A stretch of DNA of 64,000 nucleotides from an uncultured Alphaproteobacteria bacterium (GTDB lineage: Bacteria; Pseudomonadota; Alphaproteobacteria; Bin95): assembly GCA_937891825.1 (NCBI GenBank), contig CALAHN010000081.1, positions 6,700 to 70,699 on the forward strand, given 5' to 3'. Shown one piece after another: positions 55,907 through 64,000 of the stretch; position 1 is the stretch's first letter, and every line of letters starts with the position of its first letter. The notes beneath the pieces were generated by a model, which was given only the letters and a program-made list of their open reading frames with translations, made no database searches and was not told where the DNA came from. Both the position numbers and the translations under genes were made by a program.

Positions 55907-57939
55907 CCAAGCAGACCCGCGCCGGCGTCGAAGTCGGCGGCACGTTTACCGATCTCGTCTATGTCCGGGACGGGGAGATCATCGTGGCCAAGGCGCCGTC
56001 GACGCCGTCCTCGCCCGACAAGGGCGCGCTGGCGGCGCTCGCCAAGGGCGGGGTCGATCTGGCGACGCTGGACGAACTGGCCCATGGCTCGACGGTCGCG
56101 ACCAACGCCATTCTGGAGCGCAAGGGCGCCAGGGTCGCGCTGATCGTGACAGCGGGCTTCCGGGACCTGCTGCTCTTGCAGCGCCACCAACGCCGCCGGA
56201 TCTACGACCTGAACTATGAGAAGCCGGCGCCCGTCGTCCGCCGCCGGGATACCCTTGAAGCGGCGGAGCGCATCGGGCCGGACGGCACGGTGCTGCAGGC
56301 GCTCGACGGCGAGGCATTGCGGGCGGCGCTGCGCGCGCTTCTGGCGGAACGCAGTTTCGATGCGGTCGCGATCTGCCTGCTGAACAGCTTCGCCAACCCG
56401 GCCCACGAGTTGGCGGCGACGGCGATCGTCAAGGAACTCGCGCCGGAAATGTCGGTCGCGCCGAGCCATGCCATCGCCCGGGAATTCCGGGAATATGAGC
56501 GCGCTTCGACGACGACGCTTTCGGCCTATGTACAGCCTGTGGTCGGCCGCTATCTGGATCGTTTCGAAGCCGCGCTCTCGGCCCAGGGCTTCAAGGGCGC
56601 GTTTTCGGTGATGCAGTCGAACGGCGGCCGGATGCCGGCGGCGGCGATGGCGGAGAACGCGATCGCGGCCCTGTTTTCCGGTCCCGCGGCAGGCGTTGTC
56701 GGCGCTGTCGCCCAGGCGGCGCGCTCGGGTTTCAAAGACCTGATCACGCTCGACGTCGGCGGCACCTCGACCGACGTGTGCCTCGCGCCCGACGGCCGCC
56801 CGGCGCTTGCGGCTGCGACGGAAATCGACGGCTTGCCGGTCAAGACCCCGGTCATCGACATGGCGACCATCGGCGCCGGCGGCGGCTCCCTGGTCTGGGT
56901 CGACGATGGCGGCATGCTCCGGGTCGGCCCGGAAAGCGCAGGCGCGGAGCCTGGCCCGGCGTGTTACGGCCGGGGCGGCGTCGCGCCGACGATCACCGAC
57001 GCCCATGTCGTGCGCGGCACGATGCAGGCGGGCGCCTTCCTCGGCGGCGAGATGACCTTGGACGTCGCGGCCGCAACGGCGGCGTTCCAGCCGCTCGCCG
57101 AACGCTTCGGCACATCGCCGCTCGCTATCGCCGACGCCGCGATCCAGTTGGCAGAATCGAATATCGCCCGCGCCATTCAGCGGGTCTCGACCGAGCGCGG
57201 CCGCGATCCGCGCGATTATGCGCTGGTCGCCTTCGGCGGCGCCGGGCCGATGCATGCGGTCCGGGTGGCGGAGGAGATCGGCCTCGCTGCCGTCGTCATC
57301 CCGCCGTTCGCGGGCGTGCTTTCGGCGCTGGGCCTCCTGGTCGCCGATTATGCCCGCTTCGCCGCCTTAACCGACCGCCAGCCGCTGAACGACGCCACGG
57401 CCGATCTCGTGCGCGGCCATATCGCGACGCTCGACGGCGAAATCCGCGCCCATTTCGCGGCGCACAGCTTGCCCGCGCCGACGGCGTTCCACTACACCCT
57501 CGACATGCGCTATCGCGGCCAGGCGTTCGAGGCCCCGGTCGCGCTGACCTCGGCCGAAGCGGCGTCGCTGGACCGCGACGGGCTGGAAGACCGGTTCCGC
57601 GCGGCCCACCGCCAGCTCTACGCCTTCGCGAAAGCCAAGGGCGAAGCGGCGGAGATCGTGGCATACCGCGCTGGCGGCGCCGTGCCCGCCCCGGCTTTTC
57701 CAAGCGCGCCGGTCGCGCGCATCGAGGCGGAGCCGACCCCGGTCACGCTGTTTGAGCGCGGCGCCGAACGGCAGGCCAGCTTGCTGCCGCGCGCCGCCCT
57801 TGGCGATGCGGATCGTCCGGGCCCGCTGCTGATCGACGACGGTTTCGCGACCGTCTTCGTGCCGACCGGCTGGCAAGCGCGGCTTGATCCGGCCGGCAAC
57901 ATCGTCATCACCCAAGGGAGTCGCCGCCATGGCGCTTGA
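55903..57939 (+). CDS. Hydantoinase/oxoprolinase family protein, A (HyuA-like, ATP-hydrolysing) subunit
   Basis: 678 aa; TTG start overlapping the dioxygenase stop; GVEVGGTFTDLV N-terminus. Confidence 0.8.
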   Translation: MTKQTRAGVEVGGTFTDLVYVRDGEIIVAKAPSTPSSPDKGALAALAKGGVDLATLDELAHGSTVATNAILERKGARVALIVTAGFRDLLLLQRHQRRRIYDLNYEKPAPVVRRRDTLEAAERIGPDGTVLQALDGEALRAALRALLAERSFDAVAICLLNSFANPAHELAATAIVKELAPEMSVAPSHAIAREFREYERASTTTLSAYVQPVVGRYLDRFEAALSAQGFKGAFSVMQSNGGRMPAAAMAENAIAALFSGPAAGVVGAVAQAARSGFKDLITLDVGGTSTDVCLAPDGRPALAAATEIDGLPVKTPVIDMATIGAGGGSLVWVDDGGMLRVGPESAGAEPGPACYGRGGVAPTITDAHVVRGTMQAGAFLGGEMTLDVAAATAAFQPLAERFGTSPLAIADAAIQLAESNIARAIQRVSTERGRDPRDYALVAFGGAGPMHAVRVAEEIGLAAVVIPPFAGVLSALGLLVADYARFAALTDRQPLNDATADLVRGHIATLDGEIRAHFAAHSLPAPTAFHYTLDMRYRGQAFEAPVALTSAEAASLDRDGLEDRFRAAHRQLYAFAKAKGEAAEIVAYRAGGAVPAPAFPSAPVARIEAEPTPVTLFERGAERQASLLPRAALGDADRPGPLLIDDGFATVFVPTGWQARLDPAGNIVITQGSRRHGA

Positions 57940-59560
57940 TCCCGTCGAACAGGCGATTATCGCCCAGTCCCTGATCGCGGCCGCCCAGGAAATGGGCGTG
58001 AAGCTGATCCGCTCCGCGCATTCGCCGATCGTGCGCGAGGCCGAGGATTGCTCGGCCGCGCTTCTGACGGCGGACGGCGCCGTCGTGGCGCAGGCCGAAC
58101 TGATCCCGATGCAGCTTGGCTCGATCACCCACACCTTCCGCCATTGCGCCGAGCGGCATCCGCCCGACGGCATGGGCGAGGGCGATTTCTACATTACCAA
58201 CGACGCCTATCTCGGCGGTCAGCACATTCAGGATATCTTCCTGTTCAGCCCGATCTTTCTGAAGGGCGTGCGGATCGGCTTTTCCGCGACGGTCGTGCAT
58301 CACATCGACCTCGGCGGCGGCGCGGCCGGCCTCAACCCGAACGCGACAGATATTCATTCCGAAGGCATCGTCTTCCCGGCGCTCAAGCTGAACCGGGAGC
58401 GCGACTGGACCGGCGGCCCCTGGGAGGCGTTCGTGCGCGCCAACGTCCGCATGCCGGACGCGACGCTCGGCGATATCGACGCCCAGTTCGCGGCCAATGC
58501 CGTGGGCGCCGAGCGGCTGACGGCGCTTGCGGAGAAATATGGGACCGCGAAGCTTGAAGAAGCGATGGCGGAAATGCTCGATTATTCCGAACGCCGGGTC
58601 CGGAACGCGCTCCGCGAAGCGCCGGACGGGGTTTATGAAGGCGAGGACGCGATCGATGACGACGGCCAGGGCTCCGGCCCGATCCGCGTCAAGGCGACGG
58701 TCACCATCGCCGGCGACCAGATGACCATCGACTTCGCCGGCACCAGCGATCAGGTCGGCTCCAACATGAACAATCCGTTCGCCTCGACGGTATCGGCCGC
58801 GGTCGCGGCGGCGAAGTCGGTGCTGACGGACCCCGATATTCCCTTCAATGACGGCTGCTCGCGGGCGATCCGGGTGACGGCGCCGGAAGGCTCGATCCTC
58901 AATCCGCGCTACCCGGCCCCTGTCCGGGCGCGGCTGCTGCCGAGCTACCGGGCGTTCGACGCCGTGATGAAGGCGCTCTCGAAAGCCGCGCCCGGGCGCG
59001 TCATCGCAACCGGCACCGACACGACGACGGCCTGCTGCCTCTCCTGGCTCGGGCCGAAGGGCTACGACATCTATCTGGAAATTTTCGGCGGCGGTTACGG
59101 CGCCGGCCTCAACAATGACGGCGTCGACGGCGTCGACAGTCCGCTTTCGAACTGCGGCAATATCCCGGTTGAGGCGACCGACATGGATCACGGCTTTTTC
59201 CGCTGCGTCGACTACAGCTTGATCCCGAATTCAGGCGGCGCCGGGCGGATGCGCGGCGGCCTGGCGCTGCGCAAGGTCTATGAGATTCTGGAAAACGGCG
59301 TGGTGTTCGCCACCTATGGCGACCGCTTCAAGATCGCGGCGGAAGGCATTTTCGGCGGCGAAGCGGGCCAAACCGCCATGAACCGGGTGTTGCGCGGCAA
59401 TCAGGTCATCGATCTGACGTCCAAGTGTCAGTTCAAGTTGCAGAAAGGCGACCGTCTGATCGTCCAGACCGCGGCGGGCGGCGGCTATGGAGCCGCGCAA
59501 GACAGGCCGAACGCGCGCAGCCTCAGGGATTATGAAGACGGATTGATGGCGGCGGAATAA
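57929..59560 (+). CDS. Hydantoinase B/oxoprolinase family protein (HyuB-like subunit)
   Basis: ATG 57929 (MALDPVEQAIIAQSL) overlaps hyuA end; 543 aa. Confidence 0.8.
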   Translation: MALDPVEQAIIAQSLIAAAQEMGVKLIRSAHSPIVREAEDCSAALLTADGAVVAQAELIPMQLGSITHTFRHCAERHPPDGMGEGDFYITNDAYLGGQHIQDIFLFSPIFLKGVRIGFSATVVHHIDLGGGAAGLNPNATDIHSEGIVFPALKLNRERDWTGGPWEAFVRANVRMPDATLGDIDAQFAANAVGAERLTALAEKYGTAKLEEAMAEMLDYSERRVRNALREAPDGVYEGEDAIDDDGQGSGPIRVKATVTIAGDQMTIDFAGTSDQVGSNMNNPFASTVSAAVAAAKSVLTDPDIPFNDGCSRAIRVTAPEGSILNPRYPAPVRARLLPSYRAFDAVMKALSKAAPGRVIATGTDTTTACCLSWLGPKGYDIYLEIFGGGYGAGLNNDGVDGVDSPLSNCGNIPVEATDMDHGFFRCVDYSLIPNSGGAGRMRGGLALRKVYEILENGVVFATYGDRFKIAAEGIFGGEAGQTAMNRVLRGNQVIDLTSKCQFKLQKGDRLIVQTAAGGGYGAAQDRPNARSLRDYEDGLMAAE

Positions 59561-59625
59561 GTCTCGCTGCTGCGCTGCAATATCGTGTTAGGCTAGATTC
59601 GACCTGAATTGGTAAGGATCGATCC

Positions 59626-62600
59626 ATGGCCATACATGCGGCGCTCACCCACGTCACCCGCTATGCCTATGACCGTCGGGTTCAGATGGGGCCGCAAGTG
59701 GTTCGCCTCCGGCCGGCGCCGCATGCCCGGACGCCGATCGTCAGCTATGCCCTGAAGATCGAGCCGGAAGAGCATTTCATCAACTGGCAGCAAGACCCGC
59801 ACGGCAATTTTCAGGCGCGCATCGTCTTCCCGGAGCCTGTGACCCATTTCACGGTCACGGTCGATCTCGTCGCCGACATGTCGGTCCTGAACCCGTTCGA
59901 CTTTTTCCTGGAGCCGGACGCCGAGGAACAGCCTTTCACCTATGCGGCCGACCTGAAGGAAGAGCTTGAGCCGTTCCTGAAGCCCACGAGCGGCGGCGAT
60001 CGGTTCATGAAATGGATCAAGAGCCTGCCGCCGAAAAAGGGCCGGACCATCGACTACCTGGTCGCCGTCAACTCCCAGATTCAGCGCGATGTCGAATATC
60101 TCGTTCGCATGGAGCCCGGCGTGCAGACGCCGGAGGAAACCCTGGAACGGGGCAAGGGCTCCTGCCGGGATAGCGGCTGGATGCTGGTGGAGGCGATGCG
60201 GCATCTGGGCTTCGCGGCGCGTTTCGTTTCCGGATATCTCATTCAGTTGAAGCCGGATATCGCGTCCCTCGACGGGCCTTCGGGCGCCGGCTATGACTTC
60301 ACCGATCTCCATGCCTGGACCGAGGTTTACCTGCCGGGCGCCGGCTGGGTCGGGCTCGATCCGACTTCGGGCCTGTTCGCCGGCGAAGGCCATATTCCGC
60401 TCGCCGCGACGCCGAAGCCATCGAGCGCGGCGCCGATCTCCGGCGCTATCGGCGAAGCCGAGGTCGAGTTCAGTTTCGACATGCAGATAACCCGCATCGC
60501 CGAAACCCCGCGCGTGACGAAGCCCTACACGGCGGAGCAATGGCAGGAGATCGATCGGCTGGGCGACCGGATCGACGAAGCGCTCGAAGCAGGCGACGTG
60601 CGCCTGACGATGGGCGGCGAGCCGACATTCGTCTCGATCGATCATGTGGATGCGGAGGAATGGAATACCGGCGCTGTCGGACCGACCAAGCGGCCGCTTG
60701 GCGACAAGCTGATCCGGCGGCTCCAGGCGAAGTTCGCGCCCGGCGGGCTGCTGCATTACGGCCAGGGCAAGTGGTATCCGGGCGAGCAATTGCCCCGGTG
60801 GGCCTTCGCCCTGTTCTGGCGCGTCGATGGCGTGCCGATCTGGCGCGGGACCGGGGCCATCGCCGAGGAAGCGAAGGACTACAAGCCGACCCCAGCCGAC
60901 GCTGGCGCGTTCGCCGCCGGCATCGCGGATCGCCTGGGCGTCGCGTCGGAAGCTGCGATGCCGGTCTATGAGGACCCGGTCCATTTCATCGGCCGCGAAG
61001 CCTGCTTGCCCGACAATGTTACGCCGGGGGATTCCAAGCTCGACGATCCGATGGAGCGCGACCGTCTGGCCCGGGTCTTCAGCCGCGGTCTCTCGACCCC
61101 GGTCGGTTATGTGCTGCCGTTGCAGCGCTGGAACGCCAAGGCCAAGGGCCGCCGCTGGGTCAGCCAGATCTGGAAAACCAGAACCGGTCGGCTGACGCTG
61201 ATCCCGGGCGATTCGCCCATCGGTTACCGCCTGCCGATCGCATCGCTCCCGCATATCGCCGAAGCGCTTTATCCGCGCGTCATTCCTGTCGATCCGTTTG
61301 TCGAGCGGCCGCCGCTCGATCTGCCCGATCCCGTGCGCCAGCCGTTTCTCCAGGGCGCGCCGGATGCGACGCCGTCGCCGCAGGTCCAGTATGAGCAAGG
61401 ACCCGGCGGCCCGGCGCGCGTCGCCATGTCGGTCGAGCCGCGCGACGGCCGCCTGTGCGTGTTCATGCCGCCGACCGAAACGCTTGAGGATTATCTCGAC
61501 CTGCTGGCGGCCGTGGAGGACATGGCCGCCGAGTCCGGCATGCCGATCCATGTGGAAGGCTATGAGCCGCCGCGCGATCCGCGTCTCAACATGATCAAGG
61601 TGACGCCCGACCCCGGCGTGCTGGAAGTGAACATCCAGCCGGCCAGCACCTGGCGCGAAGCCGTCGACATCACCCAGACGCTGTATGAGGAAGCGCGGCT
61701 CTGCCGCCTGGACGCGCAGAAGTTCATGCTCGACGGTCGGCACACCGGCACGGGCGGCGGCAACCACGTCGTGCTTGGCGGAATCTCGCCCGCCCATAGC
61801 CCGTTCCTGCGCCGGCCCGACCTGTTGCGCAGCCTGATCATCTATTGGCAGCGTCATCCGAGCTTGAGCTATCTGTTCTCCGGCATGTTCGTCGGCCCGA
61901 CCAGTCAAGCGCCGCGCATCGATGAAGCCAGGCACGATGCGCTCTATGAGCTTGAGATCGCCTTCTCCCAGATCCCGGGGCCGGAGACTTCATGTCCGCC
62001 CTGGCTGGTCGACCGGATTCTCCGCAACCTCCTGATCGACGTCACGGGCAACACCCACCGGGCCGAGATTTGCATCGACAAGATGTATTCGCCCGACGGG
62101 CCGACCGGCCGGCTCGGCCTCGTCGAGTTCCGCGCCTTCGAGATGCCGCCGCATCCTGAAATGAGCTTGACCCAGCAGTTGTTGCTGCGCGGCCTGATCG
62201 CGATGTTCTGGAAGCAGCCGCTGACCGGCGGCCTGACGCGCTGGGGCACCGGGCTGCATGACCGGTTCATGCTGCCGGCCGCGATCGCAATGGACTTCCA
62301 GGAGGTTATCCAGGACTTGAACGAAGGCGGGTTCGCCTTCGACATGGCATGGTTCGCGCCGCACCTGGAATTCCGCTTTCCCTGCTATGGCCAGATTTCC
62401 TATGGCGGCGTCGATATCGAGATCCGGCAAGCGCTCGAGCCCTGGCATGTCATGGGCGAGGAAGGCGCGGTCGGCGGCACGGTGCGCTATGTCGACTCCT
62501 CCGTCGAGCGCGTGCAGGTCAAGGCGACCGGCCTCGCCGCTGGCCGCTACAAGATCGGCTGCAACGGGTTTGAAGTGCCGTTGACGCCGACCGGCGTCGT

Positions 62601-62928
62601 CGGCGAGCAATTCGGCGGCGTGCGCTACCGGGCCTGGCGTCCGCCCTCCGCCCTGCACCCGACGATCCCGATCGATGCGCCTCTGATCTTCGATCTGTAC
62701 GACACCTGGAGCGGCCGCGCCGTCGCCGGGTGCGCCTATCATGTCAGCCATCCGGGCGGACGCAGTTTCGATGTCTTCCCGGTCAACGACTATGAGGCGG
62801 AAAGCCGGCGGCTGGCGCGCTTTTCGGAGATCAGCCACACGGCCGGCAAGTCGCCGCCGCCGCGCGCTGCGCCGAACGCCGCCTTTCCGATGACGCTCGA
62901 TCTCCGCCGCGCTCGTGCGGGCGCCTGA
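59626..62928 (+). CDS. Large transglutaminase-like protein (Bact_transglu_N + transglutaminase/cysteine-protease core + DUF2126-type C-terminal region)
   Basis: 1100 aa; intact Cys-His-Asp core ([30 protein letters not shown]; [21 protein letters not shown]); SD TAAGGA. Confidence 0.85.
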   Translation: MAIHAALTHVTRYAYDRRVQMGPQVVRLRPAPHARTPIVSYALKIEPEEHFINWQQDPHGNFQARIVFPEPVTHFTVTVDLVADMSVLNPFDFFLEPDAEEQPFTYAADLKEELEPFLKPTSGGDRFMKWIKSLPPKKGRTIDYLVAVNSQIQRDVEYLVRMEPGVQTPEETLERGKGSCRDSGWMLVEAMRHLGFAARFVSGYLIQLKPDIASLDGPSGAGYDFTDLHAWTEVYLPGAGWVGLDPTSGLFAGEGHIPLAATPKPSSAAPISGAIGEAEVEFSFDMQITRIAETPRVTKPYTAEQWQEIDRLGDRIDEALEAGDVRLTMGGEPTFVSIDHVDAEEWNTGAVGPTKRPLGDKLIRRLQAKFAPGGLLHYGQGKWYPGEQLPRWAFALFWRVDGVPIWRGTGAIAEEAKDYKPTPADAGAFAAGIADRLGVASEAAMPVYEDPVHFIGREACLPDNVTPGDSKLDDPMERDRLARVFSRGLSTPVGYVLPLQRWNAKAKGRRWVSQIWKTRTGRLTLIPGDSPIGYRLPIASLPHIAEALYPRVIPVDPFVERPPLDLPDPVRQPFLQGAPDATPSPQVQYEQGPGGPARVAMSVEPRDGRLCVFMPPTETLEDYLDLLAAVEDMAAESGMPIHVEGYEPPRDPRLNMIKVTPDPGVLEVNIQPASTWREAVDITQTLYEEARLCRLDAQKFMLDGRHTGTGGGNHVVLGGISPAHSPFLRRPDLLRSLIIYWQRHPSLSYLFSGMFVGPTSQAPRIDEARHDALYELEIAFSQIPGPETSCPPWLVDRILRNLLIDVTGNTHRAEICIDKMYSPDGPTGRLGLVEFRAFEMPPHPEMSLTQQLLLRGLIAMFWKQPLTGGLTRWGTGLHDRFMLPAAIAMDFQEVIQDLNEGGFAFDMAWFAPHLEFRFPCYGQISYGGVDIEIRQALEPWHVMGEEGAVGGTVRYVDSSVERVQVKATGLAAGRYKIGCNGFEVPLTPTGVVGEQFGGVRYRAWRPPSALHPTIPIDAPLIFDLYDTWSGRAVAGCAYHVSHPGGRSFDVFPVNDYEAESRRLARFSEISHTAGKSPPPRAAPNAAFPMTLDLRRARAGA

Positions 62929-63082
62929 CGGAATTACGGGATTGGAAAGTATTTCGGCGCATAGCCAAGGCGTCGGCGCACGCCGAGCCGCCCGTATCGC
63001 TGAACCTGAAGCGTAGTATGGAGAACGATGGGTGAACGAATTGAAGCTGCTATCCAGCGCCCGGCCGGCGGCCGTCAGCCTG

Positions 63083-64000
63083 ATGAGCGGATATCGACCC
63101 GTCCCCGGCGCCTTCGACGAGATGATGGGGCCGGACGGGACGGCGCGGCCGCATTGGCAGCCGTTTCTCGATGAGATCGGCAAGCTCTCCGAACCGGCGC
63201 TGAAGCGTCTCTGGAACACCACCCAGCGTCTCGTCCGGGAGAATGGCGCCACCTACAACGTCCATGATGAGACGGGCGATGGCGACCGGCCCTGGCGGAT
63301 GGACCCGATCCCCTTCCTGATCGCGCCGGAGGAATGGCGGGTTCTGGAGGAAGGCCTGATCCAGCGGGCGACGCTGTTGAACGCCATCGCTTCCGATATC
63401 TATGGCGGCCAGAGCTTGTTGCGGCAGGGGCTGCTGCCGGCGTCGCTGGTCTTCGGCAATCCGAATTTTCTGCGCCCGCTGCATGGCGTCGAGCCGCCAG
63501 GCGGCGTCCATCTGAACCTGATGGCCTTCGATGTGGCGCGCGGCGCCGACAATCGCTGGTGGGTCTTGAGCAACCGCACGGAATCGCCCGCCGGCGCCGG
63601 ATATGCGCTGGAAAACCGCATCGTCCTCTCCAGGACAATGCCGGAGACGCTGCGCGCGCTCCGCGCTCATCGCCTCGCCGAATTCTTCCAGGCGATGAGC
63701 GACGCCATGATCGCCCATACCGGCCAGGACAGCCCGCTCGCCGTGCTGCTGACGCCGGGCCCCCACAGCGAAACCTATTTCGAGCACGCCTATCTCGCCC
63801 GGTATCTGGGCTTCCCGCTGGTGGTCGGCGCCGATCTGACGGTCCGCGACAACAAGGTCTATCTGAAGACCCTGGACGGCCTGAAGCAGGTGCATCTGAT
63901 CTTCCGCCGGGTCACCGGGGAGAACAGCGATCCCCTGGAATTGCGCGCCAAATCCCATGACGGCGTCGCCGGTCTGGTGGAGGCGATCCGGGCCGGCACA
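63083..64000 (+). CDS. Circularly permuted type-2 ATP-grasp protein (COG2308 family), 3'-truncated by window edge; absent from the supplied ORF track
   Basis: Open frame from ATG 63083 to window end: MSGYRPVPGAFDEMMGPDGTARPHWQPFLDEIGKLSEPALKRLWNTTQRLVRENGATYNVHDE...WRMDPIPFLIAPEEWRVLEEGLIQRATLLNAIASDIYGGQ...YLGFPLVVGADLTV, the characteristic N-terminal half of this family. Confidence 0.8.
   Translation, partial: MSGYRPVPGAFDEMMGPDGTARPHWQPFLDEIGKLSEPALKRLWNTTQRLVRENGATYNVHDETGDGDRPWRMDPIPFLIAPEEWRVLEEGLIQRATLLNAIASDIYGGQSLLRQGLLPASLVFGNPNFLRPLHGVEPPGGVHLNLMAFDVARGADNRWWVLSNRTESPAGAGYALENRIVLSRTMPETLRALRAHRLAEFFQAMSDAMIAHTGQDSPLAVLLTPGPHSETYFEHAYLARYLGFPLVVGADLTVRDNKVYLKTLDGLKQVHLIFRRVTGENSDPLELRAKSHDGVAGLVEAIRAGT

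Noticed and set aside
63050-63960. Listed ORFs 63050..63958 (-), 63075..63638 (-), 63334..63960 (+), 63400..63621 (-)
   Set aside because: All are out of frame with, or antisense to, the unlisted frame from 63083 that translates into a recognisable cp-ATP-grasp protein. Their translations are low-complexity Arg/Pro/Ala strings.
1-64000. tRNA, rRNA, CRISPR, IS elements, integrases
   Set aside because: I found no T-loop/acceptor-stem tRNA signature, no direct-repeat/spacer array and no transposase or integrase-like ORF. Intergenic gaps are all under 275 bp.

Overview
This is a GC-rich (~67%), densely coding stretch of an alphaproteobacterial chromosome; the gene order (thrC–M16 peptidase, ubiG–lysC, prfA–prmC–DUF4167, AmgK–MurU–addB–addA–trxA) looks like Rhodospirillales or a related order. 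I call 57 protein-coding genes on both strands. I found no rRNA, tRNA, CRISPR array, insertion sequence or prophage, and no intergenic gap longer than ~275 bp. Most genes are housekeeping or core metabolism: aapJQM amino-acid uptake, thrC, purB, ubiG, lysC, ptsP, ispG, hisS, prfA, prmC, trxA, addAB and a DegP protease with a two-component pair.

The more interesting content is:
1. A 1100-aa transglutaminase-like protein (transglutaminase core plus a DUF2126-type C-terminal region) at the right edge, immediately followed by a circularly permuted type-2 ATP-grasp gene. The supplied ORF track omits that ATP-grasp gene because it runs off the window end. Together they match a predicted but experimentally uncharacterised amidoligase / peptide-modification module.
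2. Three copies of a ~45-bp palindromic intergenic element whose stem differences are compensatory. Two inverted copies sit upstream of the response-regulator/kinase operon and one lies in the convergent PhyH/cheR gap.
3. A CheA-like hybrid kinase whose receiver domain seems to lack the phospho-acceptor Asp and the conserved Lys. It is paired only with CheR; no MCP, CheW or CheB is in the window.
4. Three tandem 16-bp perfect palindromes (GGCGCGTCGACGCGCC) in a convergent gap.
5. A DUF4167 low-complexity protein co-transcribed with a PhyH-family dioxygenase directly after prfA–prmC.
6. A LemA–TPM–TPM triad followed by a TauD–HyuA–HyuB cluster.
7. A trypsin-fold/PDZ protein whose catalytic Asp is doubtful.
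8. Two ABC-transporter operons with no ATPase gene.

All calls come from reading the sequence and from remembered protein-family motifs. I ran no database search.
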